From an uncultured Isosphaeraceae bacterium (lineage in GTDB: Bacteria > Planctomycetota > Planctomycetia > Isosphaerales > Isosphaeraceae), in contig CAWHMZ010000020.1 in the NCBI GenBank assembly GCA_963830625.1, positions 1 through 64,000 on the forward strand: 64,000 bases of DNA. The letters are read 5' to 3'. Positions 34,690-47,663 of this stretch are shown here, in pieces. The notes beneath the pieces were generated by a model. It was not told the origin of the DNA. It saw only the letters and a program-made list of their open reading frames with translations, and ran no database searches. The position numbers were made by a program, and so were the translations under genes. How positions within the stretch are numbered: position 1 is the first letter of the stretch; each line of letters starts with the position of its first letter.

Positions 34690-37025
34690 TCGCTCGCCCG
34701 CAGTGGGCAGCCACTAGCCGGCAAGGCTGCAAGCCCGAGCTCCTGGCCCCGGCCGGAGACCATACGTGCCTGATCGCCGCCGTCGAAAACGGGGCCGACG
34801 CCGTCTATTTCGGTCTCGAGCGTCATAATGCCCGCGCCCGCGCCGGCAACTTCCACGCAGGCCGAGCTTCCCCGCGGTGATGGCGATGTCTGCACCAGCG
34901 CGGCGTACGGGGCTACGTCGACCTTGAACACGCTGGTCTTTCCCCGCGAGCTGGCCGAGCTGGAAGAGACGGTCGGAGCGGTGGCCGCGGCCGGCGTCGA
35001 TGCGGTGATCGTGCAGGACCTGGGCTTGGTCCGGCTGATCCGGGCCATCACGCCCGACCTCGAGATCCACGCGTCGACCCAGATGTCGATCACGAGCAGC
35101 GCCGGGGTATCGCGCTCGCCCGCGAGCTGGGCTGCAGCCGCGTCATCCTGGCGCGCGAGCTGTCGCTGGCCGAGATCGGTCGCGATCCGCCGAGCGAGAT
35201 CGACTTCCCCGTCGAGGTCTTCGTTCACGGGCGCTCTGCGTGGCCTACTCGGGTCAATGCCTGACCAGCGAGGCCTGGGCGGCCGGTCGGCCAATCGGGG
35301 CGAGTGCGCCCAGGCCTGCCGCATGCCGTACCAGATCGTCTGCGACGGCGAGCTCGTCGATCTCGACAATGTCCAGTACCTCTTGAGCCCGCAAGACCTG
35401 GCTGCCTACGACCTGGTCCCGCAGTTGATCGAGCTCGGCGTCGCCAGCCTGAAGATCGAGGGACGGCTCAAGTCGCCGGAGTATGTCGCCAACATCACGC
35501 GACATTATCGCATGGCGATCGATGCCGCCTGGGCACGGCCGCCCGGTCGAGTTCTCACCGCGCGACATCGAGGAGATGCAGCTCTCATTCTCGCGAGGTT
35601 TCTCCCACGGCTTCCTGGACGGCACCAACCACAAGGTCCTGGTCGGGGCGACTACTCCAAGAAGCGGGGGCTCCTCTGGGCGTGGTCGAATCGGTCACCC
35701 GCTCGGGCGTCGGTTGACCGCCGCTGGCCGCCGGTCAAGCCCGGCGACGGCCTGGTCTTCGACGGCGACGAGTCGACCGGCCGCCGCCGAGCAGGGAGGC
35801 CGGGTCTACGAGGTGGTGCCGCCGGCTGCGGCCGGATCGCTGCGGCCACGACGGCCGCGAGCCGCGGTCGAGCTCCGCTTCGGCCGCGGAGTCGATCGCC
35901 CTGGACGCAGCTCGAGATCGGTCAGCGGGTCTGGAAGACCGACGATCCCGAGCTCACCCGCCGGCTGCGGCGCTCGTTCGAAGGACCACCAGCGCCGCAA
36001 GGTTGATGCTCGATTCTCGCGTGGTCGCCGTGGCCGGCGAGCCGTTGCGAATCACGGGCCGGACCGCGACCGGCGGCCGGGCGACCGTGCAATCTGACGT
36101 CGCCCTTGGCAGCGGCACAATCGCACCCCGCCGACCGCGGCCTGTTCGCCACGCAGCTTGGCCGATTGGGAGGCACGATCTACCAGCTCGCGCGCCTCGA
36201 GACGACGATCGAAGGTCGGCCCATGGTGCCGATGAGCGTGCTCAACCAGTTGCGCCGGGAGCTCGTCGCAGAGCTCGACGAGCTCGCCGCCGCCCCGCCA
36301 CCGCGCACGATCGCGCCCGACCCGGTCTTGCCGACGGCTTCTTGGAGCCGATCACGTCCGAACGCGACCGCCAGCGAGATTCGATCGCGCCTGAGGCCGC
36401 GCCGTCGAGCTCTCGGTGCTTTGCCGCCGCACCGACCAGATCGAAGCCGCCGCTCGCGGTCGGGATCGCGACAATCTACGCCGATTATCAAGACATCAAG
36501 CGAGTACGAGGAGGCCGTCGCGGCCGCCCGGCGGGCCGGCGGCGACGGCCATCTACCTGGCGACGCCGCGCATCGAGAAGCCCGGCGAGGCCAACCTGTT
36601 CGCGTTCCTCGCCAAGCAAGGGGCCGACGGCGCTGCTGGTGCGCAACGCCGGCGGAATGCGCTTCTGTTCCGAGCGCGGCATCCCGTTTGTCGCCGACTT
36701 CTCACTGAACGCGGCCAATCCGCTCACGGTCGAGCTGCTGAAGCGCCGCGGGGCGACCCGCGTGACCGCCTCGTACGACCTCAACGTCGACCAGCTCCTC
36801 GACCTGGTCGACGCGACCCCGCCGTCGTGGCTCGAAGTGGTGATTCATCAGCAGATTCCGATGTTTCACATGGAGCACTGCGTCTACTGCGCGTTTCTCT
36901 CGCCCGGCACCGACGCCACCAACTGCGGCCGGCCCTGCGACCATCACGACGTCAAGCTCCGCGACCGCGTCGGCGTGGATCATCCGCTCAAGGCCGACGT
37001 CGGGCTGTCGCAACACGCTCTTTAA
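34690..37025 (+). CDS. U32 family peptidase, long two-lobed form, frameshifted.
   Basis: [38 protein letters not shown]; [34 protein letters not shown]; [18 protein letters not shown] second lobe ...[45 protein letters not shown] ends at 37025. Confidence 0.7.
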
Positions 37026-37295
37026 CGCCGTTCCCCAGACGGCCGCCGAGTTCTTGCCGCGGCTGCCAAAGCCACGGTGCGCGCCATTTGCGCATCGAGT
37101 TTCTCGACGACTCGCCGGCGGTCGGTTGAGCGCACGATCACGCTCTATCGCGAGGTTATCTCCGGCGTCCGCGACGGCAAGTCACGTCTGGCGGGAGTTA
37201 AGGGCGCGAATCAGTACGGCGTCACGCGCGGACCGCTGACTGTTCTCAATGAGGGCGACACGAGGCGATAGACGCGATGCGGTATGAAGAGGAAA

Positions 37296-38593
37296 TGTAA
37301 CCGTCGGCCTTCTGGGGTTGGGCACGGTCGGAGCCGGGGTGGCTCGCCTGCTGGTGGAGCATCCCGAGCGGATTGCGCGTCAAGGCCGGCCGGCACGTGC
37401 GCTGGAAGTGGGCCGCCGTGCGGCACCTCGATAAGCCGCGAGCCGTCCGGCTCGACGGCGTCTGGCTGACCACCGATGCCCGCGAGGTGACGAGCGATCC
37501 TGAGGTCGACGTCGTCATCGAGACGATCGGCGGGACGGATCAAGCGCTCGAATATGCGCTGGCGGCGCTGGCCGCGGGCAAGCACGTGGTGACGGCCAAC
37601 AAGGCACTGCTGGCCGAGCACGGCACCGAGGTTTTCGCCCACGCGCAAGCCGCCGGAGAGCGGTCGGCTTCGAGGCGAGCGTCGGCGGCGGCATTCCGAT
37701 CGTCCAGGCACTGGGCTTCGCGCTGGCGGCCAACCAGGTTCAGAGCCTGGCCGCCATCGTCAACGGCACGTGCAACTTCATCCTCACCCGGATGAGCAGC
37801 GAGGGGCTGGCCTATGATAGAGCACTGCGCAAGACAGCAGCTCCATGGCTACGCCGAGCCCGACCCGACCCTCGACGTCGACGGCACCGACACGGCGCAC
37901 AAGCTGGCGATTCTCGCGCGGCTCGCGTTTGAAACCGACGCCGCGCTGGCCGATATTCCGCGCCAGGGAATCGATCGCCTGAGCACGGCCGATATCAAGT
38001 ATGCCGGCGAGCTGGGCTATTCCATCAAGCTGCTCGCCTTGGCCAAGCTCTCGCCGGCGGGCCTCGAGCTGCGCGTGGCCCCGACGCTGGTGAAGCACGG
38101 CACCCCGCTGGCCGAAGTGCGCGGGCCGTATAACGCCATCCGCGTGGTCGGCGACGCCGTGGGCGATACCTTGTTTTACGGCCGGGGCGCCGGCGCCATG
38201 CCGACCGCGTCGGCAGTCGTCGGCGACTTGATCGACATCGTGACCGGCAGGGCGGGCTTTCCGGCGCGGCTCTCGAGCGGGTGGAGGGCGCCGGCGCCAA
38301 GAACCCCGCTGGCGTCCCCCAGCCAGATCAAGAACCACTACTACCTACGATTTACCATCGCCGATCGCCCCGGCGTGCTCGCCAAGCTGGCGCAAATTCT
38401 GGGTGAACAGGGAATCAGCATCGCCAGCGTGATCCAGCACGACCCGGGCGACGACGCTCCCGAGCAAAGCCCGGTGCCGCTTGTGATCATGACGCATCTG
38501 GCCATCCAGGCCGACATTTATACCGCTTTGAACGTGATTGATCGCCTCGACGTCGTACATGCGCCCAGCGTGTGCCTGGGCGTGGAAGACTGA
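37296..38593 (+). CDS. hom: Homoserine dehydrogenase with a C-terminal ACT domain, frameshifted near the 5' end and around 37700.
   Basis: NVTVGLLGLGTVGAGVARLL..., then ...VVIETIGGTDQALEYALAALAAGKHVVTANKALLAEHG..., then ...VGGGIPIVQAL...VNGTCNFILTRMS..., then the 259-aa ORF 37814..38593 with an ACT domain. Confidence 0.8.
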
Positions 38594-38724
38594 GATTGCC
38601 AGGTTTCCCCGATCACCTTATGATGCCACGTCCCAGAATCGGGTTGCCGGAGGGAGCCGGCGCCAATTCGTGCCGCGCACACAATACGTGCCCGCGCGGG
38701 ACTTCTCGACATGAGGTCGTACCG

Positions 38725-39174
38725 ATGTCAAACATGGTCAGACCGCCTCGTCCCGGGGCGTGGGTCGGCTTGCCCTGGACGGGGCTCGTCGTCGTTGTCT
38801 TGGGTGTGTCGGGGTGCGCATCGGTCGCACAGGACGTCGATGCCTACTACCGGCAGATGGCCGTCAATTATCTGGAAGCTCGCGACAATGCCAAGATGGA
38901 GGCAACCACGCTCGAGAACGAATCAAAAGTGCTGGCAGTGACCGGCGAGTCGCACAAGCTGAAGCGCGCCCAGCGGAGACTGGCCAAGATCCAGGCCTGG
39001 GAGGAGAAGTGCGATAAAGAGGCCGTGCGGTTCGAGAAGGCCGCGGAATGGACCGAGGCCCACTTCCATCTGGCGAAGCCGGCAAAGAAGAGCGACTTGC
39101 CCGGCCAGCAAGCTCCCGAAGACTCAGCCGTCCGGCAGGCAGCAGCCGCCTCAGACGACGGAGCCGCCCATTGA
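38725..39174 (+). CDS. Hypothetical lipoprotein.
   Basis: ATG at 38725. Signal peptide with lipobox LGVSGC. Coiled-coil-like remainder. Confidence 0.5.
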   Translation: MSNMVRPPRPGAWVGLPWTGLVVVVLGVSGCASVAQDVDAYYRQMAVNYLEARDNAKMEATTLENESKVLAVTGESHKLKRAQRRLAKIQAWEEKCDKEAVRFEKAAEWTEAHFHLAKPAKKSDLPGQQAPEDSAVRQAAAASDDGAAH

Positions 39175-39238
39175 ACCGTAGAGCGGGCATCCTGCCCTCT
39201 GCTACGATGCAGCAAACGCACCTCGAGCAAACACCACC

Positions 39239-39721
39239 ATGAACAGCACTGGGATTCTCCGGAAACATCTGATCGAATTGCTCGACGGCGGACACGCCCA
39301 CCTCGACTTCGAGGCCGCGACCGCCGATCTGCCGGCCGAACTGCGCGGTGCCGCGCCCGAGGGGTTGCCCCATACTCCCTGGCGTTTGCTCGAGCACATG
39401 CGCATCGCACAGTGGGACATCCTTCGGTTCAGCATCGACGCGCAGCATGTTTCGCCCGAGTATCCTGCGGGTTACTGGCCCGACGGCAACGCCCCGCCCG
39501 ACGCCTTAGCGTGGGACCGGTCCGTCGCGGCGTTTCGAGCCGACCTGCAGGCGATGAAGGACCTGGTTGCCGACCCGAAGACCGACCTGTTCGCCCCGAT
39601 CCCCCATGGCCAGGGCCAGACGATTCTGCGCGAGGCCCTGCTGGTGGCCGACCACAACTCGTACCACCTCGGCCAACTGGTCACCGTGCGCAGGCTCCTG
39701 GGCGTTTGGGAGAGCGATTGA
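39239..39721 (+). CDS. DinB-family (DinB_2) metal-dependent protein.
   Basis: Intact 160 aa. [12 protein letters not shown]...[15 protein letters not shown]...[11 protein letters not shown], the DinB/YfiT-like pattern. Confidence 0.65.
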   Translation: MNSTGILRKHLIELLDGGHAHLDFEAATADLPAELRGAAPEGLPHTPWRLLEHMRIAQWDILRFSIDAQHVSPEYPAGYWPDGNAPPDALAWDRSVAAFRADLQAMKDLVADPKTDLFAPIPHGQGQTILREALLVADHNSYHLGQLVTVRRLLGVWESD

Positions 39722-39731
39722 GGTTGCACCC

Positions 39732-40969
39732 ATGTCTCGCGCCAAGTATGTCATCGTAATTCCCGACGGTGCCGCCGACGAGCCGTCGGAGGCCCTGAAG
39801 GGGCGCACGCCGCTCCAGGCCGCTCGAATCCCTCACATGGACCGGATCGCGCGTGAAGGGATCGTCGGCAGGTCGCGGAATGTGCCCGACGTGTTTTTGC
39901 CGGCCAGCGACGTGGCGACCCTCAGCCTCTTGGGCTACGATCCAGTGCAGTATTACACCGGCCGCGCGCCCTGGAAGCCGCGGCGATGGGCATCGTGCTC
40001 GGGCCGGACGATTGGGCCGTTCGCTGCAACCTCATGACCATCGCCGACGGCCGCCTTGCCGACTTCACGGCTGGGCACATCTCCAGCGCCGAGGGACGCG
40101 CGCTCGATCGAAGCCATTCACGCCGAGCTCGCTCGTCCCGGAATCGAGTTTCATCCCGGCGTGAGCTACCGTAACGCGATGATTTACCGAGGCGTCCGCG
40201 GCAAGGCGCCGTTCTCCGATGAGACCGTCACGGTCCCCCCGCACGATCACCCCGACGAACCCGCGGCGGAGTATCTGCCGCGCGGTCCGGGATCTGACGT
40301 CTTGAACGCACTGATGACCGCGCGGCCCGCATCCTTCTAGGTCACCCCGTGAATCGCGACCGTGTCGGGCGCGGCCAGCGTCCGGCCAACGCCATCTGGC
40401 TGTGGGGCCAGGGCAAGGCTCCGAGCATCCCCCGCTTTGCCGATCTCCATCAGCTAGACGGAGCGATCATCTCGGCGGTCGATCTGGTGCGCGGCGTGGG
40501 CGTGCTGGCCGGCTGGGACCGCATCGACGTGCCGGGCGCGACCGGCTATCTCGATACCGACTACGCCGCCAAGGGGCACTACGCGGTGCAGGCTCTCGCC
40601 GGCCACGACATCGTGTGCGTTCACGTCGAGGCGCCCGACGAGGCGAGCCACGAGGGGCGGCACGCCGCCAAGGTCGAGGCCCTCGAGCGCATCGATTCCG
40701 AGATCGTGGGCCCGGTCCGGAAGGCCCTCGGCTCGTTCGACGCGTGGCGGATCTTGATCTCGCCCGATCACTCGACCCTGCTGCGCACCAAGGCACACGA
40801 CCGGGCGCCCGTCGCCTGGGCCATGGCGGGCACCGGGCTGGCGGCGTCGGGCAGTACGTACGACGAACTGGCCGCCGCGGCGTCAGAAGGCCCATTTTTC
40901 AATCAAGGCTATCAGCTCATGGAACCGTTTCTCGACTTGAAATGGGACGGGCGGGCCAGCACGAAATAG
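39732..40969 (+). CDS. Cofactor-independent phosphoglycerate mutase (apgM) family enzyme. Given its genomic context, probably the non-canonical homoserine kinase. Frameshifted at about 39960-40100 and about 40330.
   Basis: [18 protein letters not shown]..., then ...[27 protein letters not shown]... (frame-3 reading of gtcaccccgtgaatcgcgac), then ...[17 protein letters not shown].... Flanked by hom and the aspartokinase. Confidence 0.7.
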
Positions 40970-41046
40970 GCCAATCGCCCGCGAGGCTTAAGATCCATCA
41001 ACGTCGGTAAATGTTATTTAGTCATAAAGGGCGGTCTCGGGAGAAA

Positions 41047-42877
41047 AAGAGCGTGGCGCTCGTGGTTCAGAAATTCGGTGGGACGAGTGTCGCCGATTCC
41101 GACAAGATCCTGGCGGCGGCACGGCGGGCGATCCAGGCGCACACGCGGGGCGACCAGGTGCTCATCGTCGTGTCGGCACGCGGTCACACCACCGACGAGC
41201 TGATCGCCCTGGCCAAGGAGATCACCGAGAACCCGCCGGCCCGCGAGATGGACATGCTGCTCTCGACCGGCGAGCAGGTCAGCGTGGCCTTGATGGCGAT
41301 GGCGATCGAGAGCCTGGGCGTGCCGGCGATCAGCTTCACGGGGGCTCAGATCGGCCTGGTGACCGACAGCTTTCACACCAAGGCGCGGATCCGCAACATC
41401 TCGACCGAGCGCATGGCACAGGCACTGGGCGAGGGCAAGATCGTGATCGTGGCCGGCTTTCAGGGGGTCGATGAGAACTACAACATCACCACCTTGGGAC
41501 GGGGAGGCTCGGACACGACGGCCGTCGCCCTGGCCGCCGTCTTGGGGGCCGACGGCTGCGAGATCTACACCGACGTCGACGGCGTCTACACGACCGACCC
41601 GCGCGTCGTGCCCGAGGCCCGCAAGATCGACCGCATCAGCTACGACGAGATGCTCGAGCTGGCGAGCCTCGGAGCCGGGGTGATGCACTCGCGCTCGATC
41701 GAGTTTGCCAAGAAGTACGGCGTGCCGATCCACGTGCGGAGCTCGTTTGCCGACGCCGACGGGCACCTGGATCGTCGACGAGCCGGATGCGCAGCGGCTG
41801 GGCGTCGCGGTCACCGGGCGCCGCGCTGGCCAAGGACGAAGCCCGGATCACGATCCGCGGCGTGCCCGACCGGCCCGGCGTGGTCCACGCGATCTTTCGC
41901 CGGATTGCCGCCGCCAATATCGTCGTCGACATGATCGTGCAGAACGTGTCGACCGCGGGCACGACCGAGGTCAGCTTCACGGTCGCCAAGGGCGACCTCG
42001 CCGAGACCCTGCACGCCGCCGAGCACGGCGGCTCGCGACATCGGCGCCACCGGCGTCACCCACGACGCCGAGGTCGCCAAGATCTCGGTCGTCGGCCTGG
42101 GCATGCGCACTCACACCGGCGTCGCGACGACCATGTTCGAGGCACTCGCCTGCCGCCGGCATCAACATCCAGATGATCACCACCAGCGAGATCAAGATCA
42201 GCGTGCTGGTCGATCGCGCGTCGTCGGCCGCGGCGCTGCGCAGCGTGCATCGGGCGTTCGCGCTCGACCGGTTCCCCGAGCTTCGCGTCGGGCTCGCTCG
42301 GCCGCATTCCCGTCGGCCTCGCGGCAGCGGCGTGATGAAGCTGGTGCCGCTGGCCGACGCCGACGACGCCGGCCGGCGCCGGCGAACAGTCGCAAGCGGC
42401 CTGGCGCGGCCCCTGGGCATGGAAGACCTCGTGATCGACGGCGTCGAGCTCGACGAGTCGCAGGCGCGCGTCGCGCTTTTTCACGTGCCCGACCGGCCGG
42501 GCTACGCGGCGCGGGTCTTCCGCGCCATCGCCGAGGCCGGCGTATTCGTCGACATGATCGTGCAGAACGTGGGATCGACGGCAATTCGCTCCTGTCGTTC
42601 ACCGTACCGCGCGGACGCGGCCGATCGGGCTGCCCTGGCCGTCACGGCCGCCGGCATCGCCGAGGTCTCCGTCGAGCCGTCGCTGGCCAAGCTGTCGGTC
42701 GTCGGCGTCGGCATGCGCACCCACACCGGCGTCGCCACCCGAATGTTCGCCGCCCTCGCCGAGCGCGGCATCAACATCAATCTGATCAACACCAGCGAGG
42801 TCCGGATCAACGTCGGCACCGACATCGAACGCGGCCGCGAAGGTCTCGAGTGCTTGAAACGGGCTTTCGCCCTCTAG
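41047..42877 (+). CDS. lysC: Aspartate kinase with a duplicated regulatory region (four ACT domains), frameshifted about 4 times.
   Basis: [14 protein letters not shown]...[36 protein letters not shown] (kinase core). First ACT pair ...[25 protein letters not shown]...[18 protein letters not shown]... Second ACT pair ...[46 protein letters not shown]...KRAFAL*. Confidence 0.85.
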
Positions 42878-42898
42878 CCGCGCGGCGACAACTCGAGT

Positions 42899-44200
42899 AT
42901 GCACACCGAACAAGAACAAAGAACCGGAGGACTGACCGTGGCAAGACCAAGGTCGTGCTGGCCTACAGCGGCGGGCTCGACACTTCGGTGGCCGTCAAGT
43001 GGATCAACGAGACCTACGGCATGGACGTGGTCACCTACACCTGCGACCTGGGCCAGGGCCAGGACATCGAGGCGATCCGCCAGAAAGCCCTGAAGACCGG
43101 GGCGATCGACGCGGTGGCCGAAGACGCTCGCAATCTGTTCGTCGACTATTTCGTGATTCCCGTCGCTGGCGGCCGGCGCGCTCTACGAAGGGAAGTATCC
43201 GCTGGCGACGGCCCTCGGCCGGCCGCTCATCGCGCAACTGATGGTCCGCGTGGCGCGCGAGCACGGCGCGACGGCCGTCGCCCACGGCTGCACCGGCAAG
43301 GGAAATGATCAGGTCCGCTTCGACGTCACGTTCCAGACGCTCGCTCCCGATCTGAAGATCATCGCGCCGGTCCGCGAATGGAAGTGGACGCGCACCCAGG
43401 AGCTCGAGTTCGCCGCCAAGCACGGCATCGAGGTCGAGGCGACCAAGAAGTCGATCTTCAGCACCGACCAGAACCTTTGGGGCCGCTCGATCGAGGCCGG
43501 CATCCTCGAAGACCCCTGGGTCGAGCCGCCGCCCGAGACCTTTCAGTGGACGACCGACCCGCGGCTGGCCCCGGCCGAGCCCGAGGAGGTCGAGATCACC
43601 TTCGACCGCGGCAAGCCCGTCGCCCTCTCGGGCCGCGAGCTCGACGGCGTCGAGTTGATCGGCGAGCTCAATCAGATCGGCCGGCAAACACGGCGTCGGC
43701 CGGATCGACCATATCGAGAACCGCTTGGTCGGCATCAAGTCGCGCGAGATCTACGAAGCGCCCGCCGCCGTCGTGCTGCACGAGGCCCATCGCGAGCTCG
43801 AGTTCCTCACCCTCTCCAAGGAGGCGCTCCGGTTCAAGACCTCGGTCAGCCAAGCCTACGCCGACTTGATCTATAACGGTCTCTGGTTCAGCCAGCTCCA
43901 CCAGGACCTGATGGCCTTCACGGTCTCGAACCAGCAATACGTCTCGGGGACGGTGCGGATCAAGCTCTTCAAGGGCCACGCCCAGGTGGTCGGCCGCAAG
44001 AGCGACCACAGCCTCTATCGTCATGAGCTGGCGACCTACGAGGAAGGCGATCAGTACGACTCCTCGGCCGCGCTCGGCTTCATCAAGATCCACGGTCTGG
44101 GCCAGACCACGCAGGCCAGGCACCAGATGCTCAAGGGCACGGGCGGCCGGCCGCTCGAGCTCCCCAGCATCATTCCGCCCGCCGCCCCGACAGCCGGCGG
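42899..44200 (+). CDS. argG: Argininosuccinate synthase, frameshifted near the start and at about 43170. The true stop is uncertain.
   Basis: [41 protein letters not shown]...[16 protein letters not shown]...[10 protein letters not shown]...YNGLWFSQL... Confidence 0.85.
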
Positions 44201-44459
44201 GAACCTGATCGACATGGATGCCAGGGCGCCGGATGCGCGATCGCTCGCGTGCATCGATTTGACAAGGGTTTCGGCTTTGGCAACTGTTCTGTTCGCGTCA
44301 TCTTGCCATCCGAACCGGCGTCTGGATCCGCCGGTCGGTCAGGGCGGCACGCTCCATTGTTGCGCATGTCAGGAGATGCGGTGCCGCTTCGAGGTGTGAG
44401 CGCCGCGGACCCACCGAGATGCACGCCCGGCCCGGAGTGCAGCCAGGAGATATGAACGT

Positions 44460-45806
44460 ATGTCCGAGATGATGACCACCGATGTTCGAGCGATCATGGA
44501 CCGTTCTCCGTTTGACGTCGCGGCGGTGGCGGACCTGCGCGAGCTGCTTGAGCCGCGACCCGTCGCGTCTTCGGACCCTGCGCGAGGCGGTGGCGAACAT
44601 CAAGGAACGCGAGAAGAAAGAGAAGGACGTCAAGCCGGAGACCCATCTCCGCCTGGGGGTGGGCGAGGTGCTTCTGGGCCGGTACGACTCGGGGCTCTGA
44701 TCATCTGAAGAAGGCCGGCGACGTGGGGATGGCGTGTTTCTTCCGAGGGCTCGCTCACTTGAGACCAGCAGCAGTACGACCAGGCGGCGGCGGCCTTCGC
44801 CGCAGGCGTCCAAGCACGGCTACGACGCCAAGAACGCCGACCTGCATCGCGCCGGCGCCCTGCGCCGCGCCGGCCACGCTGAGCGAGGCCAAGAAGATCC
44901 TCTCCGGGCTTGCAGAAGCTCAGCGGGTCGTCCGCCGAGTACCACTTCCAGCTCGGCTGCTTGCGTGGCCGCGCGGCGAGCTGGTCGAGGCGGCGACCGA
45001 GTTCGAGAAGGCGCTCGCCCTCGACAAGGACCACAACGGCGCCTCTTCGAGCTGGCCTACATCAACGATCTCTACGGCAACGACGACCTGGCCCTGGAGT
45101 ATTACCGCCGGTGCACCGACCGCGTCGCCGGTCCCCCTGGCCGCGTGGATCAACCTGGGCATCCTCTACGAAGACGAGATGCGGTTTCGCGACGCCGAGC
45201 ATTGCTACCGCCAGGTGCTCGCTCACGACCCCAACCATCCCCGCGCCCGGCTGTTCTTCAAGGACTGCCAGGCCAGCAAGGGGATGTACTACGACGAGGA
45301 GGCCGAGCGGGGCTACACCGTCCTCAAGCAGCTCCACGAGATCCCCGTCACCGATTTCGAGCTCTCGGTCCGCAGCCGGAATTGCCTCCGCAAGATGAAT
45401 ATCCGCACGCTCGGCGACCTGACTCGCACCACCGAGGCCGCCTTGCTTTCCAGCAAGAACTTCGGCGAGACCTCGCTGGCCGAGATCAAGGAGATGATGC
45501 AGGCCAAGGGCCTCCGCCTCGGCATGTCGCTGGAAGGCAACGAGCGCAGTCCGCCACGATCATCGCATCGAGCAGCCCCAGGAGGTCCCCCCCGAGCTGC
45601 AGGCGATCTTGAACAAGCCGATCGGCGACCTGAACCTTTCGGTCCGAGCCCGAAAGTGCATGAGCAAGCTCAACATCCAGACGGTCGGCGATCTGCTCAA
45701 GCACACCGGCGACGAGCTGCTGGAATGCAAGAACTTCGGCGTCACCTCGCTCAACGAGGTCCGGGAGAAGCTGACGGCGCTGAGCCTGAAGCTGAAGAAC
45801 GATTGA
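44460..45806 (+). CDS. TPR-repeat protein with two C-terminal RNA polymerase alpha-subunit CTD-like domains, frameshifted about 5 times.
   Basis: TPR-like segments (YINDLYGNDDLALEYYRRC, INLGILYEDEMRFRDAEHCYRQVLAHDPNHP). Two alpha-CTD signatures: ELSVRSRNCLRKMNIRTLGDLTRTTEAALLSSKNFGETSLAEIKEMMQAKGLRLG and LNLSVRARKCMSKLNIQTVGDLLKHTGDELLECKNFGVTSLNEVREKL. Confidence 0.65.
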
Positions 45807-45879
45807 CCAGCCGTCGGCAGGACCATCGCCTGGCCGCGAACGGCATCATTGCTGAAGAACGATGTCGCGACTGCGGGAA

Positions 45880-47050
<1,171 letters not shown>

Positions 47051-47172
47051 AGTGCAAGCGAGACGGCGCGTCGGAACAGACGGCCCGCTTGTCCTCGCGG
47101 GGGGCGGTACGGCCGGGCCGCATTGTTCCGTGAGCCTCGGCCTCGCTCGTCCAAATCTACGGAAGTTGAATC

Positions 47173-47527
47173 ATGATTGGACAACTGGCGGATCTGCCGG
47201 TGCTGTTTGCCCAGGACGGGGGTGGCGGGGGCAATCGTGCCGACCTTGGTCATGGCCGTGCCGATGGTGGCGGTCTTCTACTTTCTGTTTATTCTCCCCC
47301 AGCAACAGCAGGAGAAGAAGCGCCGGTCGATGATCGACGCCCTCAAGAAGAACGACAAGGTGCTGACGACCGGCGGGATGTACGGGACGGTCATCTCGAT
47401 CGACGCCAAGAATGACAAGGTGGTTCTGCGGGTGGACGACGAACGAGGCGTCAAGCTGGCCTTCACGAAGGCGAGCGTGGCCCGGGTGATCGAATCGTCG
47501 TCAGACAAGCCGAGTGAATCGACCTGA
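47173..47527 (+). CDS. yajC: Preprotein translocase subunit YajC, with a frameshift in a G-run at about 47220-47235.
   Basis: MIGQLADLPVLFAQDGGGGG, then (after a frame shift) IVPTLVMAVPMVAVFYFLFILPQQQQEKKRRSMIDALKKNDKVLTTGGMYGTVISIDAKNDKVVL. Position in the tgt-yajC-secDF operon. Confidence 0.8.
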
Positions 47528-47663
47528 TGTGCAGCAGGCGGTTTCGGCGAACGCGCGGCAGTGACGAACTTCGGTTACACCAGTCGCAAAGCGGCGGTCA
47601 AGGGCGCTCTCGGCACGCCGCGGGAAGCGGCCGGCAAAGGAGAGCCGGACGGGAGAAACGACA

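Noticed and set aside
42105-43310. 401-aa plus-strand ORF 42103..43308 spanning the lysC/argG junction
   Set aside because: A frame-shifted read-through. The Arg/Gly/Pro-rich sequence overlaps the true lysC ACT domains and the argG N-terminus, which are in other frames.
44255-44300. TTGACA...aactgt promoter-like sequence upstream of the TPR-alphaCTD gene
   Set aside because: The -35 is perfect but the -10 is poor. Too weak to call without data.
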